Below are positions 60,162-64,000 of a stretch of DNA of 64,000 nt, piece by piece. The DNA is from Octopus sinensis (lineage: Eukaryota). The notes under the pieces are model-generated. The model was not told the DNA's origin. It searched no databases and saw only the letters and a list, made by a program, of their open reading frames with translations. Every line of letters begins with the position of its first letter. Within the stretch, counting starts at the first letter, position 1. The position numbers were made by a program, and so were the translations under genes. The stretch spans positions 37,386,001-37,450,000 of the forward strand of contig NC_043014.1 in the NCBI RefSeq assembly GCF_006345805.1, given 5' to 3'.

Positions 60162-61877
60162 TTAAACCATTATACTATCTGTTACATCAACCAGCATAGA
60201 ATACGACTCTACCAGCTCATAGCCTCATGAGCAAATCTGTTGAGACAAGCATTTGGTAACTACCACACTTAGTTTCTCATGCTTCAGTTCACTAGCTTGA
60301 TGAGGTAGATACCTGATTAGATAACATTCTGAATGGAAAAAAAAGTTTTTTTTCAAACACCCTGAGAGTAAGCTGTAGTTGTTGTCTAACTCCAGGTCAG
60401 CCTTGAGTGAGCAGATCTATGATCAAAGATATTCTAGTCAAAAGTATCATGTTTTCGCTTAATTTTTTTTCTTTATTTTTTCGGACATGGTGTAGCTCAA
60501 AATACACTATACAATAGCTCTCTCTCCTTTTTAAAGATAGTAGGGTGCAATATGATGGAGATTTGATATAGTGATTGCTATTTCTGGAAAGTCAGAGACG
60601 TGTCGAGACCCCCTTTTTAGCTCAGGGTCACTTAGTTATAGTTTGAGGCTGTTGAAAAATTTAGGCTTTAATTTTTGCTTTTTTTTTTTATTTACAATGA
60701 CTTTTGTTCTACATTTTGATCTTATTTTTTTTATTTACTACTAATTATTGATATAACATTTGGTTCATTCAAATTTTTAATGCTTTTAGTTTTTCGTTAA
60801 TGTTTCTGAATATGTTTCTCAATAAGTTAAAATATGTTTTGCAAATGGATTAATATCAGGCCTTTTAACAGTGAAATCTATACCTAGTGCTTCACTAGTT
60901 AGGTTTGTTGGGCAGTATCATCTTTATCTAGGGTCCAAATTATTTCAGAAGCACTACCATGCCTAAATTTGTGACAGCTAGTTCTATTAGTATGACCAGG
61001 TGGTTAGATGCTGATCAGCTGTATTTCTTCAATTAAGAAAAATTGCCAAAGTTAATTTTATGTTGAAGTAAAATAGTTGAGTAGGGGGCAGAGTATTATA
61101 TTGTCACAGTCATAGCCAAGTGGCAAAGGTATTAATAAAAGTCATCAGTTTTATTATGTATTTGATCCTTTTATCTTCTTTAACTTGAGATCTGTACTCT
61201 TATCAACTTATCTGTTTGAAGTATCTCTGGAATAATGTTACTCGACAGGGTGCATAGCTCAGAGGTCAGGGAGTCTCTCCAGGTCAAGTTGCTTTTCTCT
61301 GCATTGTGAGGAGAATCCAGTTTTTGTTGTGAAAATAATGGTATTGCCAATTATTTGACACCAGTATAATACTCAGACTTATCAAAAAGTGAAGTAGATA
61401 ACGGCAGGATTTGAACTCAGAATATTATTAAAGAATGAGAATCTAAGCCATTAGTGTGGTGTCACCCCCCCTCCCCCCATCTTGTTACTCTAACTTTTTA
61501 ACAACTTTCGTAAAATGTTTCTTTGCCATTAGGAGAGATGAGCTATGAGTTTCGAGTAAGGCCAAACAATCAGATGTCAATTAGTCTTCTTAAGCTTAAA
61601 AATTATAGAGGAAATAAAAAAATTGATGAGTTCACTCATAAAGTGGTCAATTGACATGTTGTATATTGTTATCAACCCTTTAGTGTTCAGATTTGTTCTG
61701 ACAAATGTAATACTTATTCACATTGTTTTAAATTAATCATGCATTATCTTGTAGCTTAGAAATTTTGATGATTTGATTGTTTATTTTTAGAATCACATAA
61801 GTAGGGTAGGTGTCAGAATTTCTTGCTGGTTGAGCATAAAACAAGAATAATATTTGGGCTGGATATGGCGAGTTTAA

Positions 61878-62496
61878 CCCTTTCATTGCTGCATTTATTT
61901 TGAGATGTTCTGTGTTTTGTTCAATTAATTTTAACTATAACAAAGAATTTAGTAAAATAATTTAGTTATCATTAAGCCACTGTTAGGAACATAAATTGTG
62001 ACTAAAGTTTGGTGGGAGACTTTAATTCAAAACTTGTGAAAACAAGACACCCATAAAATTATCAACCATCGCACAAACAATAACCCTGAGCACCTCTTCA
62101 AACTCCACCCATCTAACACCCGTGGACATATTTACAAAGTAAGAAAACAGCACAGCTCCCATGACTTCAGGAAACATTTTTTCACGTTGAGAGTTGCTGA
62201 AGCGTGGAACAAACTGCCGGCATCGGTTGTTAGTTGTCGGAGCACTGCATCCTTCAAAACTTCCATGCTTCCTGAGATTCGCCAACACTACACTTGATTT
62301 TCTCCCCTCCATACACACACAAGCATGTTCACTTTCCAGACATTTCTACATTACTGCATGTACATTTCTACATTATGCACTTTCTGACAAGTTGTGGTGC
62401 ACCTGAGCACTATACAATAATTTCATTATATTATATATATAAGACATTTGTACTGCAGAGCCAGAGCCGGTTTCAGCTGGGTTGGTATTGAAAGGG
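61878..62496. mobile_element. piggyBac-type MITE family 1 (reverse orientation), inserted at an internal TTAA
   Basis: TTAA|CCCTTTCATTG ... TATTGAAAGGG|TTAA; reverse complement of 19616-19834 once the LINE fragment is removed. Confidence 0.8.
62050..62440 (+). mobile_element. CR1-type LINE 3' end with 6-bp TSD
   Basis: NTRGHIYKVRKQ...RKHFFTLRVAEAWNKLPASVV...SFK; aagaca at 62044-62049 and 62441-62446. Confidence 0.85.
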
Positions 62497-62934
62497 TTAA
62501 ATGATAAAGAGTTAAATTCACTTATCTATAGTATGAGATACGACTGACTGATTGACTGACTAATAGCTCCTTTACTGAGATGAAGTTTTGCATTACTTTT
62601 CCAAACTAAAGTTTCCATGTGTGTACTGAAACACATTTACTATTGATAAAATAAGTTGGTTGTCACTAGTTTGATATACACTGATGGATATGTTTCTATT
62701 ATTGATTTTTAAATGTGTTTGCTATGTATATGTGTGGAAGAGATTTAAAAATATATTACAAGAGATTCTAGGGATTTAAAATAAATTTCGAGTAACTAAA
62801 TTTAATCTGAACTTCTAGGATTAATATCTTCAAGTATCATCAAAAGAATAAAAAGACATGAAATAATTAATGTATGTGATTATGTCTTACTACAAAGTTT
62901 CAGCATTATAATACTCTATTTTAATAAGGGCATC

Positions 62935-62982
<48 letters not shown>

Positions 62983-62983
<1 letters not shown>

Positions 62984-63365
62984 GGCGCAGGAGTGGCTGT
63001 GTGGTAAGTAGCTTGCTAACCAACCACATGGTTCCGGATTCAGTCCCACTGCGTGGCATCTTGGGCAAGTGTCTTCTGCTATAGCCCCGGACCGACCAAT
63101 GCCTTGTGAGTGGATTTGGTAGAAGGAAACTGAAAGAAGCCTGTCGTATACGTGTTTGTGTGTTTGTGTGTCTGTGTTTGTCCCCCTAGCATTGCTTGAC
63201 AACCGATGCTGGTGTGTTTATGTCCCCGTCACTTAGCGGTTTGGCAAAAGAGACCGATAGAATAAGTACTGGGCTTACAAAGAATAAGTCCCGGGGTCGA
63301 TTTGCTCGACTAAAGGCGGTGCTCCAGCATGGCCGCAGTCAAATGACTGAAACAAGTAAAAGAGT
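62983..63365 (+). mobile_element. SINE family A
   Basis: aggcgcaggagtggctgtgtggtaag...gactgaaacaagtaaaaga. Confidence 0.9.
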
Positions 63366-63569
63366 ATATATATATATATATATATATCACAGAGTTTATA
63401 AAAGAAAATCATTAAATTGCCATACCGAGGGATGTCAAGTTAAGACCCTGAAGTGACTGCACCATTTTATAGTAGAGTGCAATTTGAACGTGTTTAAGGC
63501 AGTATATAATTATACAATTAAAGGTAATGCTATTGCTACTTTGGGGTAATCTTTATTTTTAATATTGTC

Positions 63570-63600
<31 letters not shown>

Positions 63601-63685
63601 AGGGTAAAAATTAATTAATTAATAATTAATCATTTTACCAAGTAGTTCGGTATGTTAAAAGAACCATTACCGATAATGGTTCTCT

Positions 63686-63749
<64 letters not shown>

Positions 63750-64000
63750 ATATATATATATATATATTATATATATATATATGCAGGTGTAGCATTGCTT
63801 AAGATTTTTATGAAAAGCCTGTATACATACATCTTTGTTGATGTGTGTATGTGTGTGTGTGCATCTATATATATATATATATATGCACACACAGACACAC
63901 ACACACACACACGAATGTACATGTTTACTTCTATGTGTTTGTGTGTGTGTATATATATATGTGTGTGTGTATATGTATGTGTGTTTGTGTGCATATATAT

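Larger units (their letters stand above)
61676..62511. mobile_element. piggyBac-type MITE family 2 carrying nested insertions
   Basis: Body similar to 59941-60161; residual end atgataaagag|ttaa resumes after the insert at 62501. Confidence 0.7.

Noticed and set aside
60200-61340. Several AG-flanked open stretches on minus (about 60335 and 61300)
   Set aside because: No clear donor or recognisable protein motif; indistinguishable from chance.

Overview
AT-rich, microsatellite-dense eukaryotic DNA. The repeat repertoire (RTE LINEs with (GAT)n tails, tRNA-derived SINEs, Penelope-like elements, huge TA/TG tracts) suggests an octopod cephalopod; this is an inference. Two host genes are supported: (i) a single-coding-exon SOCS6 orthologue on + (50938-52944; SH2 + SOCS box) and (ii) a spliced ankyrin-repeat gene on -, rebuilt by hand from exons at 21576-21641, 19210-19367, 13998-14151 and probably 1527-1571. 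The rest is mostly transposon debris: RTE LINEs of two families, CR1 and RLE-type LINE ends, Tc1 and mariner relics, a non-autonomous Helitron, nested MITEs and at least nine SINE copies. The most interesting structure is a Penelope-like element (PLE) at 39672-42687. About 820-bp inverted arms flank an RT-core-less GIY-YIG endonuclease frame, and each arm carries a type I hammerhead-ribozyme fold with a long helix II and, in the right arm, a palindromic helix III. Hammerheads of the same architecture but unrelated sequence occur at 34467-34563, 29211-29316 and (decayed) 10646-10709, pointing to several PLE lineages with extended-helix-II hammerheads. All folds were paired by eye, no database or folding program was run, and element ends are approximate unless a TSD or terminus is quoted.
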